From positions 1,069,949 through 1,133,948 of the forward strand of contig OZ287698.1 in assembly GCA_965649825.1 (NCBI GenBank): a stretch of DNA of 64,000 bases, read 5' to 3'. The position numbers and the translations under genes are program-made. Shown here one piece after another: positions 48,600 through 63,040 of this stretch. Every line of letters starts with the position of its first letter. Position 1 is the first letter of the stretch. The notes beneath the pieces were generated by a model, which saw nothing but the letters and a program-made list of their open reading frames with translations, searched no databases and had not been told where the DNA came from. The DNA comes from Penicillus capitatus (taxonomy: Eukaryota; Plantae; Chlorophyta).

Positions 48600-49424
48600 G
48601 TGCCCTTTATCGTCTACTGATGGTATTCGGAAGAGAAGGATTTCTGCCAGAGTTTCTGGGGAGGCCCATGTCAGATTATTTGTAAGCTCGGTGTGACATG
48701 TGTATAACCAGGAAAGTGTGAATGAGAAGACATCGACCCCTGTAAATGCCACGATCCTCGGAGGATCTATCTGTTCAATACTCACTCTGATTCTCGATAT
48801 TAGCACTTTATCCTCATTGGTGTCAATGGGAACGCTGTTTGCGTTCTGTTTGGTCTGTTTAGCATCCATCTGGAGAAGGTCACACATCTCTTTCAGGAAA
48901 GAGCTGTCCGACTTGTGTGTCTCTAAGGTATTGTGAGACTCAAGAGGCTTCGATGAATCACACGGGGCCACGCAACAATCCAAGATGGATCACTGTACGA
49001 ATATTGGTAATGATGATCGCGAGTGCGCTAGAAGGATTGGCGATCGACCGCGAATGGCCTCTGTGGTCATGGATTGTTTCAATGGGTAAGGATCGCCTGT
49101 TCAGATTCAGCTCTTTTGCCCATCCGCCATGCAGTATGTTTTTTCGCAGCTAATCTTTCATTCGTCGGCCTCCCAATCGCGTACAAGTCGACGAAGTTTG
49201 CACTTCCTTTTCAACCATTGGTCTCCGGATTCGGAGTCCTCTTTACTATTCATCTGATTGTGACCCTTGGGACGACAGCCTACATCCGGTTCTTAGTGTG
49301 GCAAGCACTTGCTGTTGCCGTGTACTTTATCTATGGTGTACATCATACAAAAGAAGATGCCGAGCGTACACAACCGCTGCTGCTGGAGACAGATCCAGCA
49401 ACGGCATCTGAATGCCGATCGTGA
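48600..49424 (+). pseudogene. C-terminal half of a cationic amino-acid transporter (APC/CAT family); 5' half absent
   Basis: RLLMVFGREGFLP, TPVNATILGG, LSSLVSMGTLFAF, KFALPFQP, AYIRFLVWQ..AVYFIYG. Only about 130 bp separate it from the divergent CDK5RAP3 start. Confidence 0.6.
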
Positions 49425-52400
49425 GTTTTTTCCTTCGGGTCAAGGTATACTAACTATAACGAGACAAAGAGATGCTGTTAACCGAGGCGGATCAGTTGCA
49501 TTTGGACTTTTGTTGACAATTTACATAAACATGTGTCCCTGGACAACGCGATGCGTAAGACATTCTCATGCGATGTGGCGGAGAGGCTTCGCGCCATCTC
49601 GCCCAGATCCACCGAAATGTCGTCGATGTTTTCCACCTTAACTGAACAACGAGACCGCCCCGTATGAATGTCTGTCAGAAGCGCGAGGAATAGAGTCCGG
49701 TGGGCGGGAATGGGTGGCGGCACTGTTCGTCGCTGATTCTTCAGCCGTTGCTGGACAGATGAAGGTCGGTTTGGGATGCACTCTGCCGACCACCTCAGAT
49801 ACTCCCGCGCAAAACAGAGCCCGGGAACTGCCTTGCTTGATTCAGAACAGGTTAGCACAGGAGAAATACCCTTCACTTCGCCCAAAAATCATTTGGCGAC
49901 TTTTCCTAGCTCTCGTGAGCATGTCCGCGACCTGCTTGACATCGTTTCTGTCTTAGCCAGCGAAGGGCTCGCGCTTCGACTCTCATTTCTTTCGGTTTGT
50001 CCCGTCCATTCTTCCAGAGGAAAAGTCACCTTAAAGATCCGAGCCCTCACAGATGTCCGACGGCTTCCTTCATTTCGACGATTCCGATGTCGAACACGAG
50101 AGTGACATTTCTGCGACAGAAACGCGGATCTCTGTGCCAGGAAGTGTGCCCAGAGATGAACTGGGATGCATGACTGCTTACTCGCTTCGCTGCATCTCGC
50201 ATCTGACGAGATCGTAGATTTGCATGTTTCGTCGATGCGCTCTCCAAAAGCATCCATGTCGCTGAGCACTACTCGGCACAAATCGCCGTACTCTGCAACC
50301 GTCATCCATTCGAGTATCTCTCCGTCCGTCATCTTTCCACGTTCACCTTCCTTGCCCGAATAACTTCTCGTTCGCTTTCGATTCGAGACAAGTGAACATT
50401 GCAGCTTCGGTGATTCAGTGGTCAAGAGGCCGGTTCCCTAAGCCACGTAGAATGATGCATCGTTCGGCGGCGTCCTGCGGCCCGAAGAGGCCAAACACTC
50501 TGAAACCCACAGCGGCGCCGAGGGCAGAGTTTCGACATGACGTGAAGGGCTCTTTCGGCTGCGGAAGCCAAGAATCACTCCGTCGCCTCGGATGGAATCA
50601 GGAACGCATGAAGAACAGAAAGCACCGTACAGCGTATTCGGAAGGCCCACCGCCTAACTACATGAAAGGTGCAGCAGCCTGCCTCTGAAGCAGCAAACAT
50701 GTGCGAGATCTCTTCTGTGCACAGAGACCGCCAGTTCTCTCGCTAAGAAAACAGAAAAATTTGCAAGTGATGGAGGGTACCCAAAGAAACCTTCGCGTCA
50801 AGATCTCGAGCGTCGTCCTCGTACCAACTGTCGCAATGGATCTTGTGACAAAGCGCTCAGACGAAGGGCTCCGTCGGCACTCTCAGATACATATTCAATC
50901 GGCGACAGTGCATTAGGGGATGCATCAGGAACCAAGCACCGCCGCAGACTTCGTGTACTCGAAGAGAAACCCAAGCAGCCAAAGTTGCCGATGAAAGAGG
51001 TGGCTACGATGAGCGAGCCGCTGGAAGAGACGCCAGATATGGCTGCCATCGTGTTAACAGTTTTGCTTCGAATGAATCGGCCGAGGTCCACTGTGCGTGA
51101 CTTATTCGACATTGTCGTAGATCTGAATCGAAAACGTCAGAAAAAGAGGAACGATGCAAGATGGACGTCACATCTAAGTCATCTCAGACGGCGCATCACA
51201 TATTCTGTTCCGCATATGAAACACTTAATGGAGCACTACAGCCGTCTGAGTTTTGCGTCCTTGGTGCATTATGTCCAGCAACGTGCGTTTCTCGTCGCTT
51301 TTCCTTTGATTCTACTCCATCTGGCCTCCCAGTTTCCATCGATCTTGGCAACAATCCTAACAGTCACGAGGGGCCGTTGGGGACACGCATTTCTGACGGA
51401 CGACATGTACTTCTTGAATTCGTTATTCAGATGTCTTTTCTTTTTTCGCCCTTCGTTTCCAGGATTCTAGCTGTTGATGGACTCTCCCCATCAGCTGATC
51501 CGGAATTCCTAAAGTCCAGTCGAAATACGTCGAAACCCGATATTCCATTCTATTCGCCCCTCAGGTTATGTAGACTAGGAGCCCCTCCCATAAAGATGCC
51601 GCGTCGTTTTAGGTTTTGGGTTTGTAATAACTGCTCTTCCCATGTTTCCAATTATGGGTTTAACATGTTCAAACATATTTTATCGATCGTATAAGCAGTC
51701 GCAGAAACCACACTGTTAGAATGCGAGTCGATCAGGCCTCGTTGCCAGGAATGTCACTGTCGGCTTATCGTGACACGTCATGATAGCGGTAACTGTTCTT
51801 AGCTCGAGTGGTCCAGTATCTTGCTCGCCACATTAGCAATCATAGTCATCCGTCATCTCAAGCATAGCGCCTGTTCTTCAGCGGCACGAGCAGCGTGTTG
51901 TAACTTACATGGTCCTTTTGTTTGTTATCAGCGTTACAAAAGAGTGGCAAATGATTCTCTTTGTATTATTGCATGTACCACCATCGACATGCCGATTTGA
52001 TATCAAGTCTAGAAGATTCGGCCATATCACAATTTGCTAGGTACACGCAAGAGTGCTGTCTGAAATATCAGGTCCCGAGGAACGGTGACACTTTGCGTAC
52101 CCTGTTGTATTCCTCAATCTGTTCTGTTTCACATTGTGTAAGACAATAGCCTTACCAGGTCATACGATTTCGCGCATCCAGACTAGCCTCGAATCGATCT
52201 CGCGCTTAGTGTGCGATTCGATGACATGCTGCCATCACGGAGGATGTGAAGATACTAACTGCTCACGCACTCTCAGTGTCCGAATCGATGACGTCTTCGC
52301 CCGCTCTCGCTTTCTTGACTTCATTTAATGGAAAATGTGACAAAGGGTGAGAGGGGGATGCCAGGGATATGTGTGGGCAAGACAGTGAACTCACATGTGT

Positions 52401-52855
52401 GACAAGAGGACACTGTCCGTACAGAAGAAGAACGACGACGGTACGCGGATCGTTTGTTCGGCCAAGACACCGGCCCCGGATGTTTGGGACAGGCCGGCCG
52501 AAAGGACATCCAGACGGCATCCACTCGAAAGGCACTGCGTTCTGGTACTAGCTACAGCAATTGCACCTCTCTGCAGCGACAGGCGATTCGGCCGAGAGCG
52601 CGGCAAAGGTGTTTCCGTCGACCGACCGGTGCGGAAGACAGATGCACGGAGGCTCGACATTCAACCCCCAATGGCCGTCTCCCATTCTCGTGTGATCTCC
52701 CCGCAACCGATCTCTGATCGGCACCGGAGCACGCCGAGGTGTGCAATCGTCAGAGCGCATTCGACGTTTCTACGGGCGGTCCGTGCAGACGACACACGCG
52801 TGTTGTGACAGTTTGAGCGACGTACAACGAACGGACTGTCATTCAACATACGTCG

Positions 52856-54991
52856 TCACGATGCAAACAAGATCTCCGTTCTCTTCGGACGCTGTTCGAT
52901 CGTTCCAGGTTTAACAGCCGCCTTCGGATGCCTTGACAACTCTGCCGGGACGGTCGCCTTGCCGTCTTCCAGAACCTTCTTCAGATCATACAGCACAGGA
53001 TGCTCTGGCTCAGCCAGCGTCAAGAATGTCAGGGCCACTCCTTTTCTTCCAGCGCGACCCGTTCTGCCGATACGATGCGTGTACATTTCAATGTTGAACG
53101 GCATGTCGTAGTTGATCACCAGAGCCACATCCGCCACGTCGATACCTCTGCCAGCGACGTCCGTCGCGATGAGGATGTTGTAGGTGTCGTCACGGAATCC
53201 CTTGATGCTTGCTTCGCGCTGCTCCTGCGTCTTGCCTCCGTGCAGGACAGTGCAGCTGAATCCCATGCCTTCCAGCCGGCGATAGACGACATCGCACTTG
53301 CTCTTGGTGTTGACAAACACGATGGCGCGTTTCTCGTTGAGGGCCTCCATCTCCTGCTCCAGTCGCAGTTCCTTCTCGTTCTCTTTCATGATGATGACGC
53401 GTTGCGAGACGTTGTCCGTTGCTCGGCCGGCCGTGCCGACAGTCACGATGACGGGTCTCCGCAGGTACTTCTTTGCCAGACGCTCCACGGCCGTCGGCAT
53501 TGTCGCGCTGAACATGTGCGTCGTGCGGTAGACGCGCGCCGTGTCCTCCACTTCCTCGTTCTCCGGCTTCAGATTGCTGCTGGGCATCGCATCGAGCACG
53601 CCGACCACTTGCGGCTCGAACCCCATGTCGATCATCCGATCCGCCTCGTCCAACACAACGTAGTTGCACTGATTCAGAACAGCGTAGCGCCGTTCGAGGC
53701 AGTCGATCAGACGACCGGGTGTGGCAATCACGATCTCGCATCCCCTTCTGAGCTTGAACCCCTGGTCTTCGATGGACTGCCCACCAACGACAGAGCAGAC
53801 GCGATAGTCGGTGTAGTGTCCCAGCCTGCCCGTCTCTTCCTCGATCTGCTGCGCCAGTTCGCGGGTGGGCGCCAGGATGACGGCGTAGGGACCGTCCGAT
53901 TCGTTTGCCTCCGTCATCGGCGGTTGGTTCATGACGTAGACCATCAAGGGCAAAACGAACGCGGCCGTCTTTCCAGAGCCCGTTTCGGCGATGCCTATCA
54001 GATCTCGCCCCTTCACGCCCACAGGAATGGCTGCCATCTGAATCGGAGATGGCTTCTTGAATCCCATCCTCCGAATCGCCTTCTCCAGCGGAACAGGCAA
54101 GTCTGCCTCCTCCCAGTTTCGTATCGGCATGGCAGGGGTGCTGCCGCTGCCTTTGTAGGAGATGCTGAAATCTTCTTTGCAGATCCTCCAGTCGCGATCC
54201 GTCATCGCCTCGAGCGGCTTCTCGGACCAGTGCCGCTCGCTCCTCATATCTCTGATGTGATACAGATCGGCCTCCTTCTCGCGCTCTTTGTTCAGCTTAC
54301 GGGAACCATGCGTCTCCTTCAGTCCCGCTGCGTGGCGCGAAGACTTCAGCAGTCCGATCTCCCGGACGGTTGCTTCCTTCTTCTGCTCTCTCCGATCCAT
54401 GCCTGCCCTCATCCCCCTGCCAAAGAGCGGAGCCGCTTCGTGGGGATTGTTGTACAGCGGGTTCAGATCTCGCGAGGTGTCATCGCCGACGTCCCAATCG
54501 AAGTTGAAACGAAACTTCTCGCTCGGCTTCAGCACACGCTTCTTCACTTTCTCCTGTCCCAGGTACTGCTGCTTGATCAGGACGAGCTCCTTCTCCCGTT
54601 CGCGCTCTCGATCGTCGGTCTGGGAATGATGATGCGCGCGGCGTTCGTTTGAATGGACGGCGGCGGTGTCGTCGACAGTCGAACGCGTTTCTTCCTCGAC
54701 GGGCACGTGACGACGCGTCGCTGTCACCTCGTGTTGCTTCAGGGCAGCTTCCTCTCTCTGCTTCTTCGTCATAAACACCGGTCGCTTTGCCGCATCCTGC
54801 GCTGCTTTGGTCTTCTTCAGCACCTCCTCGAGGGACAGCGGCTCTTTTCGCTTCTTCTCGGGAGGAGGGGGCAGCGCCTCGCCCGATTCGACAGACGACG
54901 CCCGGTCCTGCTCGCGAAGGTCTCGTCGTCCCTGACGCTCGGCACTGCGCGAACGGCGACGCTTATATTCGATGCCATTGGAGCGATACAT
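52856..54991 (-). CDS. DDX23: DEAD-box spliceosomal RNA helicase PRP28, single exon
   Basis: [39 protein letters not shown]; 711-aa uninterrupted ORF. Confidence 0.97.
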   Translation of the reverse strand: MYRSNGIEYKRRRSRSAERQGRRDLREQDRASSVESGEALPPPPEKKRKEPLSLEEVLKKTKAAQDAAKRPVFMTKKQREEAALKQHEVTATRRHVPVEEETRSTVDDTAAVHSNERRAHHHSQTDDREREREKELVLIKQQYLGQEKVKKRVLKPSEKFRFNFDWDVGDDTSRDLNPLYNNPHEAAPLFGRGMRAGMDRREQKKEATVREIGLLKSSRHAAGLKETHGSRKLNKEREKEADLYHIRDMRSERHWSEKPLEAMTDRDWRICKEDFSISYKGSGSTPAMPIRNWEEADLPVPLEKAIRRMGFKKPSPIQMAAIPVGVKGRDLIGIAETGSGKTAAFVLPLMVYVMNQPPMTEANESDGPYAVILAPTRELAQQIEEETGRLGHYTDYRVCSVVGGQSIEDQGFKLRRGCEIVIATPGRLIDCLERRYAVLNQCNYVVLDEADRMIDMGFEPQVVGVLDAMPSSNLKPENEEVEDTARVYRTTHMFSATMPTAVERLAKKYLRRPVIVTVGTAGRATDNVSQRVIIMKENEKELRLEQEMEALNEKRAIVFVNTKSKCDVVYRRLEGMGFSCTVLHGGKTQEQREASIKGFRDDTYNILIATDVAGRGIDVADVALVINYDMPFNIEMYTHRIGRTGRAGRKGVALTFLTLAEPEHPVLYDLKKVLEDGKATVPAELSRHPKAAVKPGTIEQRPKRTEILFAS

Positions 54992-55026
54992 CTTCGCGCA
55001 ATTCCCGAACCGCTGTGGCCATTATC

Positions 55027-57865
55027 ATGGTTTCCGAGCAGTGGGTGTTTCAAGCGATTGCTGCCGGCAAGACATACGACAGTCTGCCCACGCGCATCAA
55101 GAACACGCTCTCCTTCACCGAATGGAAAAACAAGTGTGCCCAGAATCCACTGCGCACCGCACTTTCGAGTTCTGTCGCAAAACAGAGTGAAGCATTATTG
55201 CATACAACACGGATACGCATGGGCAGATAGCGTTGCCAACACGAGTGGTGGAGAGCAGGAGTACTACGAAGAGCTGCTCGACTATTACAAGAAGAACGAG
55301 AGGGTGAGCCGCAAGCCTATTGGGTATTCGGGATTCATGCCCACTGGACAATGTGTGATACGGCAGTTGTTTCCGTATCACTTGGCGCACTACGTGTGTC
55401 GGATCTTGAGAGTGACCGCCTTCCGCTACTACTCGGACATCCTCTTCAACAGCCTAAAAGAGGAGAAGGCCTACGACAAGATACCCAACTTCACGGTGCT
55501 CGGAGAATGAAGAGGTGGAAGTGCGAGAGAATGTGTGATGTGACCTCCAGGCAGCCGACATTTTGCGACATCTGGGGATCGGAAGAAACGAGTACATCTC
55601 GATCCTCGATGCTTGTCGGGCCAAAAAGTTCATATGGCGCATGAACCGGAACATTGCCAAAGAGCGGCTGCCGAACGAGCCCGTCAGCATGGTCATGGAG
55701 CCGTGGTGGAGAATCGGTGTGGTCAACGTAAGCGCATTCGACGCGGAAATCTATCCCCGTCTCAACGTCCTCTCGTCAGTTGACAGAGAGCGAGTTCAAG
55801 GCGCTGATGCCGGACGAACTGGAATTCCTGCAGCTGGCTTCTTCGGGCGACAACTCGCTGAGCTTGGCTGAAGTGAACTACGAGATTCTGCGGTCTCTTT
55901 ATCGCCGAGGCCTTCTCTACCTCCGCATTCCGATAAGAGAAGATGACAAGTTTACGATCCCGCCCTTGGAAGTCGGGCATTCTCGACAGGTGCGATTCGG
56001 CTAGAGTGACGGACTCCGCTGTAGGGCTTTATCTCGAATCGCAATGTCTCTTCGACGAGCGTGGGAGTGGATCCCATGGAGACGCTTCTGTACTCTGTGT
56101 TCATCGCCAACAGCGAGAACATGACGCTGAGTTCTCTCGCCGACGTCTTGAACGTCGACATCTCCGCGCTCAAGGCGGCAATGGGCATCGCCGTGCGACT
56201 CGGTTTCGCCACGCGTGTTGCACGCGATTCAGGCGAGCACTCGTGCACTGCTGATCGAATGCGTTGCTCCAATGCACGGCTGCTTTGCCAGACGGCGGGT
56301 CGACCGCCTCTTTTGACGGTCTCCAGATTCGCGATAACGAAGATGAGGAGGAGAACGAAGCAGACCGTTCAGCAGGGAAAGCTCTGTTCCCGACCGGCGA
56401 CGCCTCTTCCGGCGACGTTCAGTCCATCGCTGTGCTTGTCGACGCTGAAACGACATCCTTTCTGATGATGGGTCTCCTTTCCTCCGGTAAAAACCGCGAG
56501 ACTGCAAAGAGCGAAGTCCTACCCTGCAGGGATCAAACGCCATGCCGTGACTCTCTTCGAGGGAGGACGGGTAGCGGGCGACGAGGTGATCTCGCATCTG
56601 ATCTCGGAGCTGCGAACCTCCGCCGACGTCAAAGAACAGGACGAGGAGATCCGGAAGCTGATGCAAACGGCATCGTCCCTTGCCGAGCTGCTCGAGTGTG
56701 TCAAAGAAGCGTCTGGCAATGGGTCCATCGAGCTCCTGAGAAGGTCCATCTCCCCTTTCTGTTCTCATCGATCTCCGTCGTTTCCAGAGAGTCGTTGGAG
56801 GGGCTGTCGAGTGAAGCGGTGACGCGGATTCTGTCGCACAGCTACAAAGCCATCGTCCCCATCGCGCCACTTTCGGGAGATCCCCTTCCCTTGAGTGCCA
56901 CGGAAGCATCTCCGCTCTTCTTCGGAGCAACGGACGCCGTCGCATCGCTGTGGTTTCAGCTCGCGTGCTTCGAGCACTGCGGCAGCGGTCCGATCTCTCA
57001 CGTCTTTGTTCGGGGACAGGTATGCCCAATCCTCGGCGCATTCCACCATCCACGACGCTGGTGTGCTGCAGAGAGTGACGCAACTGCCTCGAGCCATTCG
57101 AGGTCACTCCTTTGCCCTCCTCTTTTCCTTTCCCTTCTGCAAGGCGCCGCACCTCGTGACGTTTCCCTTCATCCTCCACCACCTCAACGAACTCTGTCGC
57201 CACGGACACGTGCTGCTGCAGCCTCTCTTCGTCGAGGCGAACAGACAGGACGACGTCAACAGGGTCGACGATCTGGAATTCGTTGACGTTCCCCTGCCGA
57301 TCGCCACACATCGGAGACCAGACGATGGATCCCTCGTCGCGCAAGGTACACCGCACGCCGCGCGTGGCCTTTGGCGCTTCATCCGCCACCCGTTTGCCTG
57401 CCAGGCTACGTTCGGGGCAGCGGCAAAGCCGTCGAGATTTCCATTGTGCCGACGTTGCCTGAGATGCTCGTGCGTCTGGGTCTGACCCACGTGACAGGGT
57501 TCATGCGCTTCTCGCCTAACTGCACGGCGTCGCACGAGTATGTACCCTTTCACGTATACCTCGGCGTGCCTCTGACGCCCCTGGCTCTGTGCAATGCCGT
57601 CTGTGCGAGCACAAGGGAACAGAATCTCTTCGACGCGGACAACGTTGAAGGCGTCATCGAAGACAAACGGCGCCATGTGCAGATCGTGACGCACGTCCTA
57701 GAGAGATTCGGTCATGATGGAAGAGGCCTGGCACCGCAGACCGGATTCCTCTTCGACGGGCACAAGCTGCGATCGGACGAATACGCGACATCAGATCTAC
57801 TGCTCGCGCCTCTTTCAAAGTCGGCGACACCCACAAAACACGAGTCCGCTGTCGCGATCGAATAG
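55027..57865 (+). CDS. FAM91A1: FAM91A1-like protein
   Basis: LFPYHLA.YVCRILRVTAFRYY, YDKIPNFT, LGIGRNEYI, DPMETLLYSVF, SFLMMG.LS, HAVTLFEGG, YVPFHVYLGVPL..L...VC. Confidence 0.9.
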
Positions 57866-57933
57866 TCCTTGAGTTTTGGACCGCCTGCAAAAATACCATC
57901 CCGGGCGAGCATTGACTTGTGTTGCATCTCGTC

Positions 57934-59969
<2,036 letters not shown>

Positions 59970-60226
59970 CCGATGTGAATCGCGCTTGACGGAGACGCTT
60001 GCCGGGTTAATGGGCTAGGAAGTTCCTCTGACAGCTGCGTCTCACTCTCTATCTAGTGTATTACCTACTGCTACGAACACGCCCGCAACAACAGCGACAC
60101 GACTCGAACTGACACACAATATATACTCTTTCTATTCTTCAACAACACATCGGAATTCATCTGATATTAAAACGGTGAAGGATGTGCTCAGATGTTCGAG
60201 ATGAGAGTGAGATGGGTGCTTAGGAT

Positions 60227-62004
60227 ATGGCAGCGACTGCTTTGCGTGTGAAAGGGAAAAGGAATGACGGGGGTCTGGCGCCGCCGCCTCCACCGCCGCC
60301 GCGTGCACCTTTTCGACGAACGTACCCTGTAGCACCTCTGGGAAGAAAATGGCTCAAAATAGATGCAGAGGGGAATTCGCAGATCATGGCCACCGACCGA
60401 CACCGACTGACGCACGAACTGGGCGTCCAGACGCGCGATCTGAGGATACTGGACCCAAAGTTCTCGACGAACTATCCATCTGCCATCCTGTGCCGGGAGA
60501 ATGCGCTGGTCGTGAATCTGTTGCATATCAAGGCGATCCTGACGACCGAATACGTACTGATCATGGATCCCGAAACGCAGGATGGAGAATTGGATCCGTT
60601 TGTGAAAGAGCTGGAGAATCGTCTGAGCCACAACGACTTGATGGCATCAGCTTCATTCCCTGTTCTGAGCAATTACTTGGGACAGAAGAAAACGGGCAGG
60701 ACAAAAGAGGTCGAATTTTCATTGTTCGGTGGAGATCACTCACTGCAGCGCTCTGCAGAACACGACCGGCAGGGAGACGGCATCCGGAGAGATACGACCT
60801 GGTGCGGTCAGACTGGATCATCGCGTAAGTGGCATGGAATGACTGAAGAGGAGTGATGGAGTGATGTAGGCGGAGAATGGAAACGACGAGGGAGGCAATG
60901 GAAGCAACGCAGGACTGCGCAGCTCGCCACCCGTGATGCCCTTTGAGTTGAAGGCGCTCGAGGTCTGTCTGGAGTCTGTAAGAACGCTGAGATGCGCGAA
61001 CAGATCGCGATCGAATCTGTGGTTGGCAGGTCTGCAAGATTCTGGATTCGAATGCCACTCAACTGGAGGGGACGGCCTTTCCAGCCATCGACGATCTGAC
61101 GCTGAACGTCTGTCCTATCCAATCATCAAGAGACAGGTCCGAGGAAGAGCGCGCATGGGTTTCTAGGTCAACACCAAAAACTTGCATCGAGTGAGGACCG
61201 TCAAGAGCAAGATTGCGCAACTCAAGACGCATGTCGAAACGGTCAAGGAAGTCTTGGAGAAATTCCTCGACGACGACGAAGACATGAGGGACATGAATCT
61301 CACTGCCAAACAGATGCATCGCTCTCAGACCCACAACTTCGATGCGATCATCAAGGTACAGTCGCGCAGCTTCACTTCACTCCTTGCCTTGAACGACGGG
61401 GCAGAGCGGTGACACCTTTGCGGAGTTTGAACATGATTCCACTTTCAGACCGCCTCCGTCGCCAGGATCTTCGGTCTCCACAAACTCCTCTGTCTTCGAT
61501 GAGGAGGTGCAGGAAGTCGAGATGTTGCTCGAGGCATACTTCATGCAGATCGATCACATTTTCAACAGGTTTCCCAGCATCCTTCTTCCACCGTGAATGC
61601 CGAAGATTCAGGTTGCTGACGCTTAATGAGTATATCGACGACACGGAGGATTTTATCAACATCGTTCAAGACAAGCACAGAAATCAGCTTCTGCAGGTCG
61701 AGACGTGCCATTCCAGCCTTTCTGGATGCCGTTGTGGATCTAGCTCGATTTGCTCATCGCAGCAGGGACGTTTGCTCTAACGATGGTCGCTGTCGTTTCG
61801 GGGATCTTTGGAATGAACTTAAACAACACCTTCTCCGAGACGTCGCCAACGCCTTTCCTCCTCGTATCCTGCACAAGCATTGCCATGAACCCATCCATCT
61901 CACTTCTTGTGTTCAAGGTCACATGTCTGTCACTGGCAGTGGCGTTGATTGTGCTGGGAATCATTTTATGGTTCTGTCGTCTGAAGGGGTTGATGAATAT
62001 CTAG
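60227..62004 (+). CDS. MRS2: MRS2/CorA-family magnesium transporter
   Basis: RDLRILDP..YPSAIL.RENALVVNL, PFELKALEVCLE, EMLLEAYFMQID, EYIDDTEDFINI and the GMN motif (GIFGMNL). Confidence 0.93.
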
Positions 62005-63040
62005 GAGGACGCTCATGGCAACGACGCGCAGTTTAATAAGATACCTATCATGACTAGCAAGACATTGAGTATCTCTGTAGCGGATATCTATTTCTTTAAA
62101 ATAACCTATGGCGCACACCGGTCATCATCGTCTTCGGCATTTGTTTAATGCAGAACGATTGTTCGTTGATTTGTTAGGACCGAGGGGTGTCGCGAGAGGT
62201 ATGAGTGCGTCGAGGCCACGAGTAGAGACGAATCAGACGGGTATTGTTACAGGTGAGTCTGTACATCGTTATACGGGTAAACGTCCTGTCAGTCGACACT
62301 GACGTTTCTTGATCGAACAGATTCAAAAACAACGACAGTCGCGTTTGTCTGCGCTTTGTCCGACGTGTTTACGTCTACGTTTGTGTTGCGTTTGTCGACG
62401 AAGGGCTATACGATGTATGAGTGTTCTGTCCATCTCTCGGCCGTTCTAGACTGCGAACGCTTTTCCTTCTAATTTTACTATCTGTTCTACGTATGTTTGG
62501 CTTAAGGACAACGAAGTCACGGAACTTCTGGCTACATTTGGAAGAAGCAAATCAGGCACAACACGCACCCGACGTCTGGCATTTCCGCAAACCATTATAT
62601 GCGGTGTAGCGCTAAACGAAATTGTTGGAAATGTAGCGTCCTATCCGTCGTTCGTAGCCGTCGGAAGCGGTTCGATGTTAGAGTAACCACCTTGGCGCGC
62701 TGACCACCAGCTGCGACGGGTGTTAGCCTCCGAGCCAACTTCCTCATAACGATAGAGGGATGGTTTCCGAACGTGCCTTGAAGTTCGCGACTGTTAGTGC
62801 TTGGGTTAGAAAGCTCTCAACCACCGTGGATATTTAAGACCGACATTTCTGTTGTAATTGTCCTCGAGTTCGTGTGCTATCGTGTAAGTGTTCATTTGGC
62901 GTCGTCATTCGTGCGTTTTCGACTCAGCACTTCCGCAATCCGTTACATCGACCCCACAAGAAATCATCCTTTTAGAAGACATCGTGAGGCCGTCCGAAAG
63001 CAAAGCGGAAGTTCGTCTCATCGTGATAAATCTTCCATCG

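Noticed and set aside
49478-52850. Several ORF fragments (49889-50425 minus, 50985-51470 plus, 52263-52849 minus) that may be exons of unknown genes
   Set aside because: Plausibly coding, but I cannot establish exon structure or family. Not annotated without transcript data.
53000-54652. 550-aa antisense ORF opposite PRP28, and similar shadow ORFs opposite NPC1, CDK5RAP3 and FAM91A1
   Set aside because: Expected antisense open frames from codon bias in conserved genes; no independent motifs.
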